DNA from: Christensenellales bacterium
GTDB lineage: Bacteria; Bacillota; Clostridia; Christensenellales; CAG-138
DNA: 64,000 nt
Direction of reading: 5' to 3'
Assembly: GCA_040767925.1 (NCBI GenBank)
Contig: JAXGNN010000003.1
Span: forward strand, 323,267-387,266
The first letter of the stretch is position 1. Each line of letters starts with the position of its first letter. Positions 55,038 through 64,000 of the stretch are shown in pieces. Under the pieces are notes generated by a model. The model ran no database searches, was not told the DNA's origin, and saw nothing but the letters and a program-made list of their open reading frames with translations. Position numbers and translations under genes: made by a program.

Positions 55038-56210
55038 ATGGATGACTGCATCACCCTGACCAACGCCGGGGCCCGGCGCTTCATGCTGTTGAAGCAGGGC
55101 CTTCTCGGCGCGCACAGGTTCCTCGGCAAGGACGGCGTGCTCGCATTCGTCCGCGAGGCGGGCTGCGTGCAGTTCGACCCCGTGGACGTGTGCGGCAAGA
55201 ACGCGGAGATCGCGCTCAATTCCCGCGTGAAGGGGTTCGACAAAAGCATGCTCTACGGCTTGCTCTACGAGGAGCGCCTGCTCGTCGATTACTTCGACAA
55301 GAACCTCTGCATCGTTCCCGTCGAGGCGTGGCCGCACTTCGCGCGCTGCCGCGCCATGTTCCGCGCGTCCGGGCGCGGCAGGGACGAGACCGAAGCCGTG
55401 AGCGGGAGCATTAAGGAGGCCCTGCGCGCGCGCGGTCCGCTCTGCTCCGCCGACCTCGACTTCGGGGACAAGGTCAACTGGTACTGGAGCGACACGCGGC
55501 TCTCCCGCGCGGCGCTCGAGCGGATGTACTTCTGCGGGGAGCTCGCCATCCATCATAAAAAGGGCTCCATCAAATATTACGACCTCATCGAAAACTGCAT
55601 CCCCAAGGATTTGCTCGACGCCCCCGAGCCGCATGAGGACGATTTATCATACTGGAAGTGGTGCGTGGAGAGGAGGATCGGCGCGGTCGGCCTCCTGTGG
55701 GACCGCGCCTCCGCCGCGTGGCTCGGCATAGAGGGCATGAAGGCCGAAGGGCGCATCCGCGCCTTCAGGGAGCTTCTCGAAGAAGGCCGCATCCTGAAAA
55801 TCAGGGTAGAAGGTATGAAGGAGCCGCTGTACTGCCGGGCTTCGGACCGGGCGCTCATCGACCGGGCGCTTGCCGAAACGGATTTTACGCCGCGATTGGA
55901 GCTCATTGCCCCGCTCGACAGCCTGCTCTGGGACAGGCGGCTTATCGCGGCGCTCTTCAACTTCGACTATACGTGGGAGATCTACACGCCGCCCGAAAAG
56001 CGCAAATACGGGCATTACGTGCTGCCCGTGCTCGCGGGCGACCGCTTCGTCGGAAGGATCGAGCTCGAGCGCGACAAAAAGAACCGCTGCCTGACGCTCA
56101 AAAACCTCTGGTGCGAGGAGGGCGTAAGGGAGACGAAGGCGCTTTTAAAGCAGATCGACGCTTGCGCCGCGCGCCTCGGCAGGCTCGCGCGTTCACCCGA
56201 AAACAAATAG
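55038..56210 (+). CDS. YcaQ/AlkZ-family winged-helix DNA glycosylase (interstrand-crosslink unhooking family)
   Basis: 390 aa. The N-terminal part has ...REAGCVQFDPVDV (QxD catalytic-type motif). The C-terminal part has YTPPEKRKYGHYVLPVLAGDRFVGRIELERD. Confidence 0.7.
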   Translation: MDDCITLTNAGARRFMLLKQGLLGAHRFLGKDGVLAFVREAGCVQFDPVDVCGKNAEIALNSRVKGFDKSMLYGLLYEERLLVDYFDKNLCIVPVEAWPHFARCRAMFRASGRGRDETEAVSGSIKEALRARGPLCSADLDFGDKVNWYWSDTRLSRAALERMYFCGELAIHHKKGSIKYYDLIENCIPKDLLDAPEPHEDDLSYWKWCVERRIGAVGLLWDRASAAWLGIEGMKAEGRIRAFRELLEEGRILKIRVEGMKEPLYCRASDRALIDRALAETDFTPRLELIAPLDSLLWDRRLIAALFNFDYTWEIYTPPEKRKYGHYVLPVLAGDRFVGRIELERDKKNRCLTLKNLWCEEGVRETKALLKQIDACAARLGRLARSPENK

Positions 56211-56223
56211 GGGGAGACATGCC

Positions 56224-56637
56224 ATGGAAATCGTCGAAAAGGCCGGAAAGCTGCTTGAACGCTCTGATGAGATCATGCTCGCTTCGGTGAGCGCGGAGGG
56301 CTATCCGCGCGCATGCGTGCTCTCGAGGACCAAGTCGGAGGGCATCCGGAAGGTTTATGCCGCGACGGGCGCGATCGGCGAAAAAGTCCGTCACTTCAAG
56401 GCGAACCCGAAGGCGAGCGTCTGCTTCTATCAGGGCGGCGACAGCGTGACGCTCGTCGGCCGCGTGACGGTCCGGCAGGACCGCGCCATAAAAGAGGAGA
56501 TGTGGCTCGACTGGTTCGACAACCACTTCGCGGGCATCGACGACCCGAATTACTGCATTCTCGAGTTCGAAACCACCGTGGAGGCGACGCTGTGGATCGG
56601 CGGCGAGTTCGTCACGCTGCCCGCGGGGGAGATTTAG
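56224..56637 (+). CDS. Pyridoxamine 5'-phosphate oxidase-family (general stress protein 26-like) protein
   Basis: 137 aa with MLASVSAEGYPRACVLS...KASVCFYQGGDSVTLVGRVTV. Confidence 0.7.
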   Translation: MEIVEKAGKLLERSDEIMLASVSAEGYPRACVLSRTKSEGIRKVYAATGAIGEKVRHFKANPKASVCFYQGGDSVTLVGRVTVRQDRAIKEEMWLDWFDNHFAGIDDPNYCILEFETTVEATLWIGGEFVTLPAGEI

Positions 56638-56668
56638 CCCGCTTTTTGCCGCTTAATGCGAAACGGTT

Positions 56669-56697
56669 CCGGCCGGCCGAAAGCCCGGCCTTTTTTC
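56669..56697 (+). terminator. Rho-independent terminator
   Basis: GGCCGG-ccgaaagc-CCGGCC followed by TTTTTTCTT. Confidence 0.65.
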
Positions 56698-56778
56698 TTC
56701 GCTTTAACAATATTTTACTCGCCGCCCAAAGGACGAATCCGAACAGACTATAACCGAAAACCGTTCGGAGGTTCCCAG

Positions 56779-58458
56779 ATGGAAATACTGGTGTGGATAC
56801 TGGTGCAGCTTCTTCTGTGCGCCGCGATCTACTATTTTATGGCAAGGAAGTTCAACAGGGCGGCGGGCATCACGAAAAAACGCTCCGCCATGAAGGTAAA
56901 GCCCAAGGAGGAGGACCGCGAATTGCGCGAGCTTCGCGCCATGCGCGCGCGGGCGCTCAACATGCCCCTCTCCGAGAAGACGCGCCCCGCGCGGATGGAG
57001 GACATCGTCGGCCAGGAGGAGGGCATCCGCGCGCTGCGCGCCGCCATGTGCGGGCCGAACCCGCAGCACGTCATCATCTACGGCCCGCCGGGCATCGGCA
57101 AGACCTGCGCCGCGCGCCTCGTGTTGGAGGAAGCGAAGCGCCGCCGCGACTCGCCCTTCGACGCGGCGAGCTGCTTCGTCGAAATCGACGCGACATGCGT
57201 GCGCTTTGACGAGCGTTCCATCGCCGACCCGCTCATCGGCTCCGTCCACGACCCCATCTATCAGGGCGCGGGCGCGCTGGGCACGCAGGGCGTGCCGCAG
57301 CCGAAGCCCGGCGCGGTGACGCGCGCCCACTGCGGCGTGCTCTTCCTCGACGAGATCGGCGAACTGCATCCCATTCAGATGAACAAGCTTCTAAAGGTGC
57401 TCGAGGACAGGCGGGTGTTCTTCGACAGCGCCTACTATTCGCCCGACAACGCGGCGATCCCCCCGCACATACACGACATCTTCCGCAATGGCCTGCCCGC
57501 GGACTTCCGCCTCGTGGGCGCGACCACGCGGAGCCCCGACGAGCTCTCCCCCGCGCTCCGCTCGCGCTGCGTGGAGCTATTCTTCCGGCCGCTCGGCCAG
57601 AGGGAACTGATGAAAATCGCCTCGGGCGCCGCGGAACGCATCGGCCTTCAGATGGATGAGGACGCCCTCTCGGCCTGCGCGCAGTACAGCGCCTCGGGCA
57701 GGGACGCCGTCAACATCGTGCAGCTCGCGGGCGGCGCCGCCATGGAGGAGGGGCGCTTTCGCATACTCGAATCGGACGTCATATGGGTGGCGCAGGTCTG
57801 TCATCATTCCCGGCGCATCGTGCCCCGGCTTTCGGATATCCCCCGCGCGGGCGTATGCGCCGGGCTCGCGGTGGCGAGCGCCGGGCAGGGCTCCGTCATC
57901 GAAATCGAGTGCAGCGCCATCCGCACGGTGCGCGGCACGGGCACGCTCTCCCTCGGCGGCATGGTCGAGGAGGAGGAGCTCGAGGTGCGCGGCAGGAGGC
58001 TTCGCCGCAAGGGGACCGCGCGCGTGTCCGCCGAGACCGCGTGCGAGGCGTTCATGCGCTGTTTTAATATAGACTACCGCGATTACGACATCAGCTTCAA
58101 CGTGCCCGGCGGCATCCCCATGGACGGGCCGAGCGCGGGCATCGCGCTGTGCGTGACGCTCATGAGCGCGCTCACGGGCCGGCCGCCCGCCCCGCTCATC
58201 GCGCTCACGGGCGAGGTGACGGCGCGCGGCGAGGTGCGGCCCGTCGGCGGCGTCGCGGACAAGCTCGCGGCCGCCGTCGAGGCGGGCGCGAAGACCATCG
58301 TCATCCCCGAAGCCAACTATGAGGAATCCTTCGAATCCCTGCCGGCGCGGATCGTGCCCGTCGCCGACATCGTCGCCGTCATGCGCACGGCCTTCGGCAT
58401 CCCCTGCGAGGAGGAATGGTTCGAGGGCGTGATCCCTCTCGTCGCCCATCAGGCGTAA
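56779..58458 (+). CDS. lonB: Membrane-anchored Lon-like ATP-dependent protease LonB
   Basis: Start ATG 56779 (GGAGG upstream). It has an N-terminal TM helix, Walker A GPPGIGKT, the protease Ser in DGPSAGIA and the Lys in GGVADKLAAAVEAG. Confidence 0.85.
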   Translation: MEILVWILVQLLLCAAIYYFMARKFNRAAGITKKRSAMKVKPKEEDRELRELRAMRARALNMPLSEKTRPARMEDIVGQEEGIRALRAAMCGPNPQHVIIYGPPGIGKTCAARLVLEEAKRRRDSPFDAASCFVEIDATCVRFDERSIADPLIGSVHDPIYQGAGALGTQGVPQPKPGAVTRAHCGVLFLDEIGELHPIQMNKLLKVLEDRRVFFDSAYYSPDNAAIPPHIHDIFRNGLPADFRLVGATTRSPDELSPALRSRCVELFFRPLGQRELMKIASGAAERIGLQMDEDALSACAQYSASGRDAVNIVQLAGGAAMEEGRFRILESDVIWVAQVCHHSRRIVPRLSDIPRAGVCAGLAVASAGQGSVIEIECSAIRTVRGTGTLSLGGMVEEEELEVRGRRLRRKGTARVSAETACEAFMRCFNIDYRDYDISFNVPGGIPMDGPSAGIALCVTLMSALTGRPPAPLIALTGEVTARGEVRPVGGVADKLAAAVEAGAKTIVIPEANYEESFESLPARIVPVADIVAVMRTAFGIPCEEEWFEGVIPLVAHQA

Positions 58459-58524
58459 AGGCTTTGACTGTTTTTTCGCCCCCGAAGCGGAAATGTGATA
58501 TACTTGCTTCGGGGGTGATTCTGT

Positions 58525-59343
58525 ATGAAAGAGAAAACAACCGGCGATTGCCCGGACGACAGCCCGCCGATAGACGGGAAAATCGTTCTGTTGCTTCTTC
58601 CTTTGATATTGCTTTGCTGCGCGGCGCTCGCAGCGATTTTCCTAACCGGCCCGGGCGGAAAAACGGGCGACCCGCCGACGGTCTATGCCGGGATGAAGCT
58701 CTCCGCGCTCTCTGAGGAAGAATGCGTCGCCTTTGTCCGCGACAGCGGCATCGAGGTCCCGCCCGGCCTTGAAAACGACGGGCTCGGCGGGCTCGTGAAA
58801 ACGCTGTTCGCCTCCTTCGAGGAGCATCCGTACGAGCCGTCGGTGTTCAGCGATTCGGAGGCCGTCGCGTTCGCGGAGCGGCTGCGGCCCGCCGTCATCC
58901 GGCATTGCGGCTATCCCTGGCTTCCCGCGGGCGTGTACGCTTTCGACGAAAACCTGTACACGACGCCCGTCAGCTCCTATTTCCCTTTTAACGGCACGGG
59001 ACTCCTCTACTGCGTGGGCGAGGATTTCTACGTCACGGCGGACGAGGCGAGCTTTGAGGAAAAAAGCGCGGTCTCGTTCGACTGCTGGGTGGTCCGGGAG
59101 ATTCCGGCCGACATCTGGGAGCGCGAGGATTATCTCTTCCCGCCCCAGATCGATCTCAAGCGATATACGACGCGGCTGAGCTTTGCGGGAAAAGGCATGG
59201 TGCCGAACACGGCGCTGTACCTGATGGACGACGAGGTGTGGCTCGTCAAAGGCGGGGACAGTTTCAGCCCCATCGCGGTCTGGAGCATATACAGGCTCAA
59301 GCTCACCGATCTGCCGCTCGCGGATTTCGCGCCGGAATCGTAA
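58525..59343 (+). CDS. Membrane-anchored hypothetical protein
   Basis: 272 aa with a single N-terminal TM helix (IVLLLLPLILLCCAALAAIFL). No motif recognised. Confidence 0.5.
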   Translation: MKEKTTGDCPDDSPPIDGKIVLLLLPLILLCCAALAAIFLTGPGGKTGDPPTVYAGMKLSALSEEECVAFVRDSGIEVPPGLENDGLGGLVKTLFASFEEHPYEPSVFSDSEAVAFAERLRPAVIRHCGYPWLPAGVYAFDENLYTTPVSSYFPFNGTGLLYCVGEDFYVTADEASFEEKSAVSFDCWVVREIPADIWEREDYLFPPQIDLKRYTTRLSFAGKGMVPNTALYLMDDEVWLVKGGDSFSPIAVWSIYRLKLTDLPLADFAPES

Positions 59344-59364
59344 TCGCGCTTCACTCGCCGCGCC

Positions 59365-59838
59365 TTATGTCGCGCCGTACATCAGCCTGATCGCCTGGCG
59401 AATCTCCTCATAGCAGGTGCAGCGGCAGAGGTTGGACTGCAGCCATTCCTCGACGACGAGCTCCTCCGGCATGGCCGGAAACTGCCCTTTGAGCGCATGG
59501 CACACCATGAGAAAGCCCGAGGTGCAGTATCCGCACTGGAAGGCGTTCGCCTCGACGAAGGCCTTCTGCTCGGCGGAGGTTCCCGAAAGCCCTTCGACCG
59601 TCAGAATTTCATGCCCCTCCGCCTCCACGGCGAGCATCAGGCAGGATTTCGCGGGCCACCCGTCCACCATGATCGTGCACGCCCCGCAGTCCCCGTTCTT
59701 GCAGCCCGGCTTCGCGCCGGTCAAATTCAATTGCTCGCGCAACACGTCGAGCAGCACGTCCGCGGGGCGCACGGCAAGCTGCCTCTCCTCCCCGTTGACG
59801 TGGAGCGTCACGACGGTTTTGCCCTCATATCTGACCAT
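59365..59838 (-). CDS. Molybdenum hydroxylase (xanthine dehydrogenase/CO dehydrogenase family) small [2Fe-2S] subunit
   Basis: GCKNGDCGACTIMVDG, FQCGYCTSGF and NLCRCTCY. Confidence 0.88.
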   Translation of the reverse strand: MVRYEGKTVVTLHVNGEERQLAVRPADVLLDVLREQLNLTGAKPGCKNGDCGACTIMVDGWPAKSCLMLAVEAEGHEILTVEGLSGTSAEQKAFVEANAFQCGYCTSGFLMVCHALKGQFPAMPEELVVEEWLQSNLCRCTCYEEIRQAIRLMYGAT

Positions 59839-60664
59839 TTTCCCAATCCTCCAGAAGCGTCAAAAGCGTATGTTCCAGCACGAAGCGCCTGTATGCGCCG
59901 GAGCCCTCGACGTCCGCAAGCGCCTCTTGCGGCAGGAGCGCCGCGGCCTTTTTCGCGCGGGAAGCCGCGCCCGCTGCGCGGTCGTTGAGCACGTCCTCGA
60001 TCTCGATACTCCGAAACGGCTGCGCGCACACGCCCGAAAACGCGGCGCGGAGGCGGTCCTCAAAAAAGAGCGCCGTCACGTTGACGAGCGGGTAATCGAT
60101 CTTCTCGTTGGTGGTCTTCTTGACGTGCGCATGGCGCGCCGAAAGCGCCCATTCCGGTATATGGACGCGGACGAGCAGCTCCCCGGGGGAAAGCTTCATC
60201 CGCCCGTCGAAAACGTCGGCGAACGCCGCCTCGCGCGGCCCCTCCGGAGCGAAGAGCGTGACGCGCGCGTCCGAAAGGAGCAGGGGCAGGCTCGTCTCCC
60301 GGTAGATGATGGTGCCGCAGAGGTTGCCGCCGAGCGTGATGCGGCACTGGTTCGTATGGTCGGCAATCCGCCCGCACGCGAGGCCGAGCAGCGGGAAACG
60401 CTTTGTTTCCTTCACGTCGTTGAGCGTCGAGGCCGCGCCGAGCGAAAGCCCTTCCCCGTCCTTTTCGATGAAAAGGCAGTCGGGAATCCGCTTGACGTCG
60501 ATGACCGCGTCGGGCAGGATATCCCCCGCGCGCGCCATGGTGATGATCTCGCTGCCGCCGCCGTAATAGAGCGCGGTTTTCCCATCGGCTTCCATCTGGC
60601 GCCAGGCTTCAACCGCCTCCGCGAGCGAATCGGGCCGGATATAGATGAAGTCAGACGGTATCAT
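59825..60664 (-). CDS. Molybdenum hydroxylase medium FAD-binding subunit
   Basis: Start ATG 60664 (MIPSDFIYIRPDSLAEAVEAW...ALYYGGGSEI). The track's extension to 60922 is out of context and overlaps the large subunit. Confidence 0.85.
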   Translation of the reverse strand: MIPSDFIYIRPDSLAEAVEAWRQMEADGKTALYYGGGSEIITMARAGDILPDAVIDVKRIPDCLFIEKDGEGLSLGAASTLNDVKETKRFPLLGLACGRIADHTNQCRITLGGNLCGTIIYRETSLPLLLSDARVTLFAPEGPREAAFADVFDGRMKLSPGELLVRVHIPEWALSARHAHVKKTTNEKIDYPLVNVTALFFEDRLRAAFSGVCAQPFRSIEIEDVLNDRAAGAASRAKKAAALLPQEALADVEGSGAYRRFVLEHTLLTLLEDWENGQI

Positions 60665-62972
60665 GCGCGCCTCCCATAGAGATTCTCCAGAGCGTCTCGG
60701 GCGTCGCGGGCAGGGTGTCCACATCCATGCCGAACGCCGCGGAGAGCGCGTTGGCGAGCGCAGCCGGGATGCCGATGATGCCGTGCTCCGTGAAGCTGCG
60801 CGCGCCGTAGGGCGCGCCCTCCTCCGGCGTTTCCACGAAGTCCACGCGGTATTCCGGCTCCTGCCCGATGTGCAGGAGCTTATACGTGCGAAGGTTCGGC
60901 GCGCGCGGGGCGCCCTTCTCATCGCAGGAAAGCCTCTCCCGGCTCGCCATGCTGATCCCCATGCCCATCCCGCCCGCGACCAGGGAGCGCGTGCCCGCCG
61001 GGTTGACGACCTTCCCCACGTCCATGACGGTCGAGGCCGTGAGGATGCGGTAGGTGAAGGTCGAAAGATTCGCCTCCACCTCCGCCACCTGCGCGCCGAG
61101 CGTCCAGGAGGGTCCCGTTTTGCCCTTGCCGGTCGCGGGGTCGAGCGCGCTCAGGCCCTTGAACAGGAAGCCGCCGCGCCCGAGCGCGGGCTCGCCCACG
61201 GAGGTGCCGTCGGGCGCTTTGTAGCCCTGCACGATGGCCTTGAAGGCGATGAAGCGCGCGGGGTCTTTTACCGAATACACCTTCGCGTCCGCGACCTCGA
61301 TCTCCTCCGGGGAGCAGCCGAGCGCCGCCGCGCCGTTTTGCTTCAACTGGCCGATCAGGTCGTCCGCCGCGCGCAGCACCGCGATGCCCGCCATATGCCC
61401 CGTCAGGCTCGCGACGGTCTTCCAGTGCTCGGGCGACACCTGCGTGTCGACGGTGGGGACGACGTGCACCATATCGGGGTCGATCTTCAACCGCTGCGCG
61501 AGCATCTGCGCGAGGCGCGTATGCCCGCCGGAGCCGATCTCGACCGCGCCCGTGTTGAGGTTGACGCTGCCGTCCGGATTGAAGGTGACGAGCGCGCCGG
61601 AGATGGCGTTGGTCGGCGGGTTCGAGGTCTTCCAGAAGCAGGCCATGCCCTTCGCGCGCACGGTGTCCTTCTTGACGGGGACGGCGATTCCCCCGTCCCA
61701 GCGGGAGAGGGTTTTCACGCCTTCGATGCATTTTAGTAGGTCCCCCGCCAGGGATTCCGTGACCGGAACCTGCGAGGGCGTGAGGCTTCCCGGGCCGATT
61801 GCGTTTTTCGCGCGCAGTTCCATGGGGTCGAGCCCGCATCTATGCGCGAGCAAATCGAGCGTGCGCTCCACGCAGAAGGTGTACGACTCATGCGCGAAGC
61901 TCCGGTACGAAGTCGCGTACGTGCGGTTCGTATAGACGCAAAGCGCGTCGCAATCGAGGTTCTCGATGCGATAAGGCCCCGTGCAGTCGACCGCGATGGC
62001 CTTGGTCATGTTCGGGGAAATGTCCGTGTACGCGCCGCAATCGAGATGGTAGCGCATCTCCGCCGCCCGGATGAGGCCGCCCTCGTCCGCGCCGAACCTG
62101 ATTTTCGCCTCGAGGGCGAGGCGGCAGGGCGCGGAGGCCATGTCCTGTTCGCGCGGGATGGTGAGGCGCACGGTCCTGCCGCCGACGCTTCGCGAGGCGA
62201 GATAGGCGAGTATCTCGAGCATGACGGGCGCTTTCCCGCCGAAGCCGCCGCCCACGAAGGGGACGCGCACCTGGATTTTGCCCGCCTCGAGCCGGAATGT
62301 TTCCGCGAGCATCTTCCGCACGGCGTAGGGCGCCTGGGACGAGGTCGTGATGCGGACCATGCCATCCGCGGAAATCTCCGCGCGCGCCGCGCGCACCTCC
62401 ATGGCGAGATGGTCGGACGGCGGCAGGTAGAATTCCTTTTCGACGACGACGGGGCAGTTCGCCATAACGCCCGCCGCGTCCCCCTTCACCATGCGGCAGC
62501 GGCTGGCGACGTTCGTGCCCGCCTCGGGATACACGTCCGAAACCACCCGCGCGTAGTCGTTGAGCTTTTCGTGGATGACGGCCGCGCCTTCCCGAAGCGC
62601 CTCGGAGGGCTTGAGGAGCACGGGCAATTCCTCGTATTCAACCCCGATGAGCCTCGCGGCGCGCTCCGCGGTCGCTTCGTCGAGGGCGACGACCATCGCC
62701 ACGGGCTCCCCCGCGTAGCGCACGACGTCCTTCGCAAGCGGCGGCCTGTCCTTGAGCAGCGGCCCGAAAAGCTCCGCGCAGTCTGCGCCCGTCAGGACGG
62801 CTTTCACGCCCTTTTCCGTGAGCGCCCTCGCGGTATCGACGCGAAGGATCCGCCCGTGCGCCATGGTGCTCGTCAGAAGCCGCGCCGAGAGAGCGCCCGC
62901 CGCGGGGAAATCGTCCGCGTACATCGCCTTCCCCGTGACCTTATCCCACGCTTCCTTCCTTTGGATGCTCAT
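60651..62972 (-). CDS. Molybdenum hydroxylase large molybdopterin-binding subunit
   Basis: Start ATG 62972 (MSIQRKEAWDKVTGKAMYADDF, the family-typical N-terminus). The track's extension to 63884 runs antisense through the HD gene. Confidence 0.88.
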   Translation of the reverse strand: MSIQRKEAWDKVTGKAMYADDFPAAGALSARLLTSTMAHGRILRVDTARALTEKGVKAVLTGADCAELFGPLLKDRPPLAKDVVRYAGEPVAMVVALDEATAERAARLIGVEYEELPVLLKPSEALREGAAVIHEKLNDYARVVSDVYPEAGTNVASRCRMVKGDAAGVMANCPVVVEKEFYLPPSDHLAMEVRAARAEISADGMVRITTSSQAPYAVRKMLAETFRLEAGKIQVRVPFVGGGFGGKAPVMLEILAYLASRSVGGRTVRLTIPREQDMASAPCRLALEAKIRFGADEGGLIRAAEMRYHLDCGAYTDISPNMTKAIAVDCTGPYRIENLDCDALCVYTNRTYATSYRSFAHESYTFCVERTLDLLAHRCGLDPMELRAKNAIGPGSLTPSQVPVTESLAGDLLKCIEGVKTLSRWDGGIAVPVKKDTVRAKGMACFWKTSNPPTNAISGALVTFNPDGSVNLNTGAVEIGSGGHTRLAQMLAQRLKIDPDMVHVVPTVDTQVSPEHWKTVASLTGHMAGIAVLRAADDLIGQLKQNGAAALGCSPEEIEVADAKVYSVKDPARFIAFKAIVQGYKAPDGTSVGEPALGRGGFLFKGLSALDPATGKGKTGPSWTLGAQVAEVEANLSTFTYRILTASTVMDVGKVVNPAGTRSLVAGGMGMGISMASRERLSCDEKGAPRAPNLRTYKLLHIGQEPEYRVDFVETPEEGAPYGARSFTEHGIIGIPAALANALSAAFGMDVDTLPATPETLWRISMGGAHDTV

Positions 62973-63170
62973 TCCGATCGCAGATGCCAAGGGCGCGTAC
63001 CGCCTTCCTTTTTTCCTATAGCGTTTTCCAATTTTTGCGGAGTTATTCCCCATAGGGAGCGCGCATCCGAAACGGATTCCAGACGGGAAGCCGCGGCGGC
63101 GCTTTCCATCGCGGCGGGGATCTGCTAGACTGTTTATGCAGGCTTCAAAAGAGGAAACGGGAGGTTCGTC

Positions 63171-63701
63171 ATGCTTCATCGCGCCGTCGAGTTCGCCGCT
63201 GCGGCTCATAGGGACCAGCTCCGCAAGGGGACAAACACCCCCTACATCGCCCATCCGTGCGAGGCGGCGCTCATCCTCGCGCAGGAAAACGCGCCCGAGG
63301 CGCTCCTCGTCGCGGCGCTGCTGCACGACACGCTCGAGGATACCTCCGTCGCGCCGGAGGATATCCTCGGGGAGTTCGGAGATGAGGTCCTCGGCCTCGT
63401 TCTGAGCAACTCCGAGGATAAGTCCCTCTCGTGGGAGGAGCGCAAGCGCCACACCGTCGAAACGCTCCGGTTCCGCGCCACGCGCGGGGAAACGCTGCTC
63501 GCCCTCGCCGACAAGCTTTCGAACCTCCGCAGCATCGCGCGCGATCTCGAAATTTCCGGGGAAAGCATGTGGGGCCGCTTCAATCGCGGACGCGAAGCGC
63601 AGAAATGGTATTACACAAGCCTTCTGGAGGGCTTTTCCGCCCTCGCGGACACGCGGGCCTACAAGGAGTTTGCCGCGCTCGTCGCGCGCGTGTTCGGTTA
63701 A
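63171..63701 (+). CDS. HD-domain protein of the RelA/SpoT hydrolase type (small (p)ppGpp hydrolase-like)
   Basis: FAAAAHRDQLRKGTNTPYIAHPCEAALIL...AALLHDTLEDT. GGGAGG RBS. Confidence 0.7.
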   Translation: MLHRAVEFAAAAHRDQLRKGTNTPYIAHPCEAALILAQENAPEALLVAALLHDTLEDTSVAPEDILGEFGDEVLGLVLSNSEDKSLSWEERKRHTVETLRFRATRGETLLALADKLSNLRSIARDLEISGESMWGRFNRGREAQKWYYTSLLEGFSALADTRAYKEFAALVARVFG

Positions 63702-64000
63702 CTGCCGATCCTTGCCGTCAACGCGAAGCGCCCCGCCGCCGGGCGCTTTTCTGATGTCCGCCGTGCAATGAAAAAACGCGATTTGCCAGGAACTGGAACG
63801 AAGCAGCTGAAAAAGGCAGGCGAAGATCAACGAAGACGCTGCAAAGCTCGCCCTGCGCATCGCGAACGCCGTGCGAAAAGTCAAAACGTCCCCTCAGCCG
63901 CTTTTTCGCAGCTTCCTCTTCGCCATGATGCACTCGATGCAGAAGGGCAACGACTGGAACAAGGCCGACCGCGCCCACTGGGAGGCGCAGGGCTGGCTCG

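Noticed and set aside
62973-63884. The upstream extension of the 1077-aa track ORF 60651..63884. A comparable case is the 59825..60922 extension of the FAD subunit.
   Set aside because: The family-typical N-terminus MSIQRKEAWDKVTGKAMY begins at 62972. The extension runs antisense through the well-supported HD gene at 63171..63701.
63860-64000. An open frame at the right window edge (..AMMHSMQKGNDWNKADRAHWEAQGWL..).
   Set aside because: Only about 25-45 codons are visible, the start is ambiguous (ATG 63927 or an upstream GTG), there is no RBS and no recognisable motif. This is insufficient support to call a gene.

Overview
High-GC chromosomal segment (my spot counts on single 60-nt lines give about 65-70% G+C) of a Firmicutes/Clostridia-type bacterium. 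Supporting markers are a Bacillus-type long SRP RNA, LonB, yabE-rsmA, and pgk-tpiA-gpmI followed by secG-rnr-smpB-ssrA synteny. I support about 55 protein genes, mostly core metabolism and housekeeping. They include a class B PBP, CoA-transferase plus thiolase, glycogen phosphorylase, asparaginase plus C-S lyase, a MtaD/AhcY SAH-recycling pair, AsnRS, a CoADR-rhodanese-TusA-DsrE fusion next to rubrerythrin/rubredoxin, lower glycolysis, RNase R/SmpB/tmRNA, LonB and a three-subunit molybdenum hydroxylase. There are two RNA genes: SRP RNA at about 1625-1903 and tmRNA at 46940-47291. The most unusual locus is a block of about 6.9 kb with low GC (spot counts 30-50%) at about 40040-46939, pressed against the 3' end of ssrA. 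It begins with a 3'-truncated IS1380-family transposase fused to stumps of host GNAT and DeoR genes. It carries a TetR / phasin-like / ABC1(UbiB)-kinase / HD / YidC module with a palindromic operator. It ends in about 1.4 kb of non-coding DNA full of hairpins, phased repeats and a Cys-rich micro-ORF, with no integrase. Many long ORFs in the six-frame track are antisense or alternate-frame artefacts of the high GC content and are rejected. I saw no CRISPR array, rRNA, tRNA or recognisable defence system. All homology calls rest on motif recognition by eye, not on database searches.
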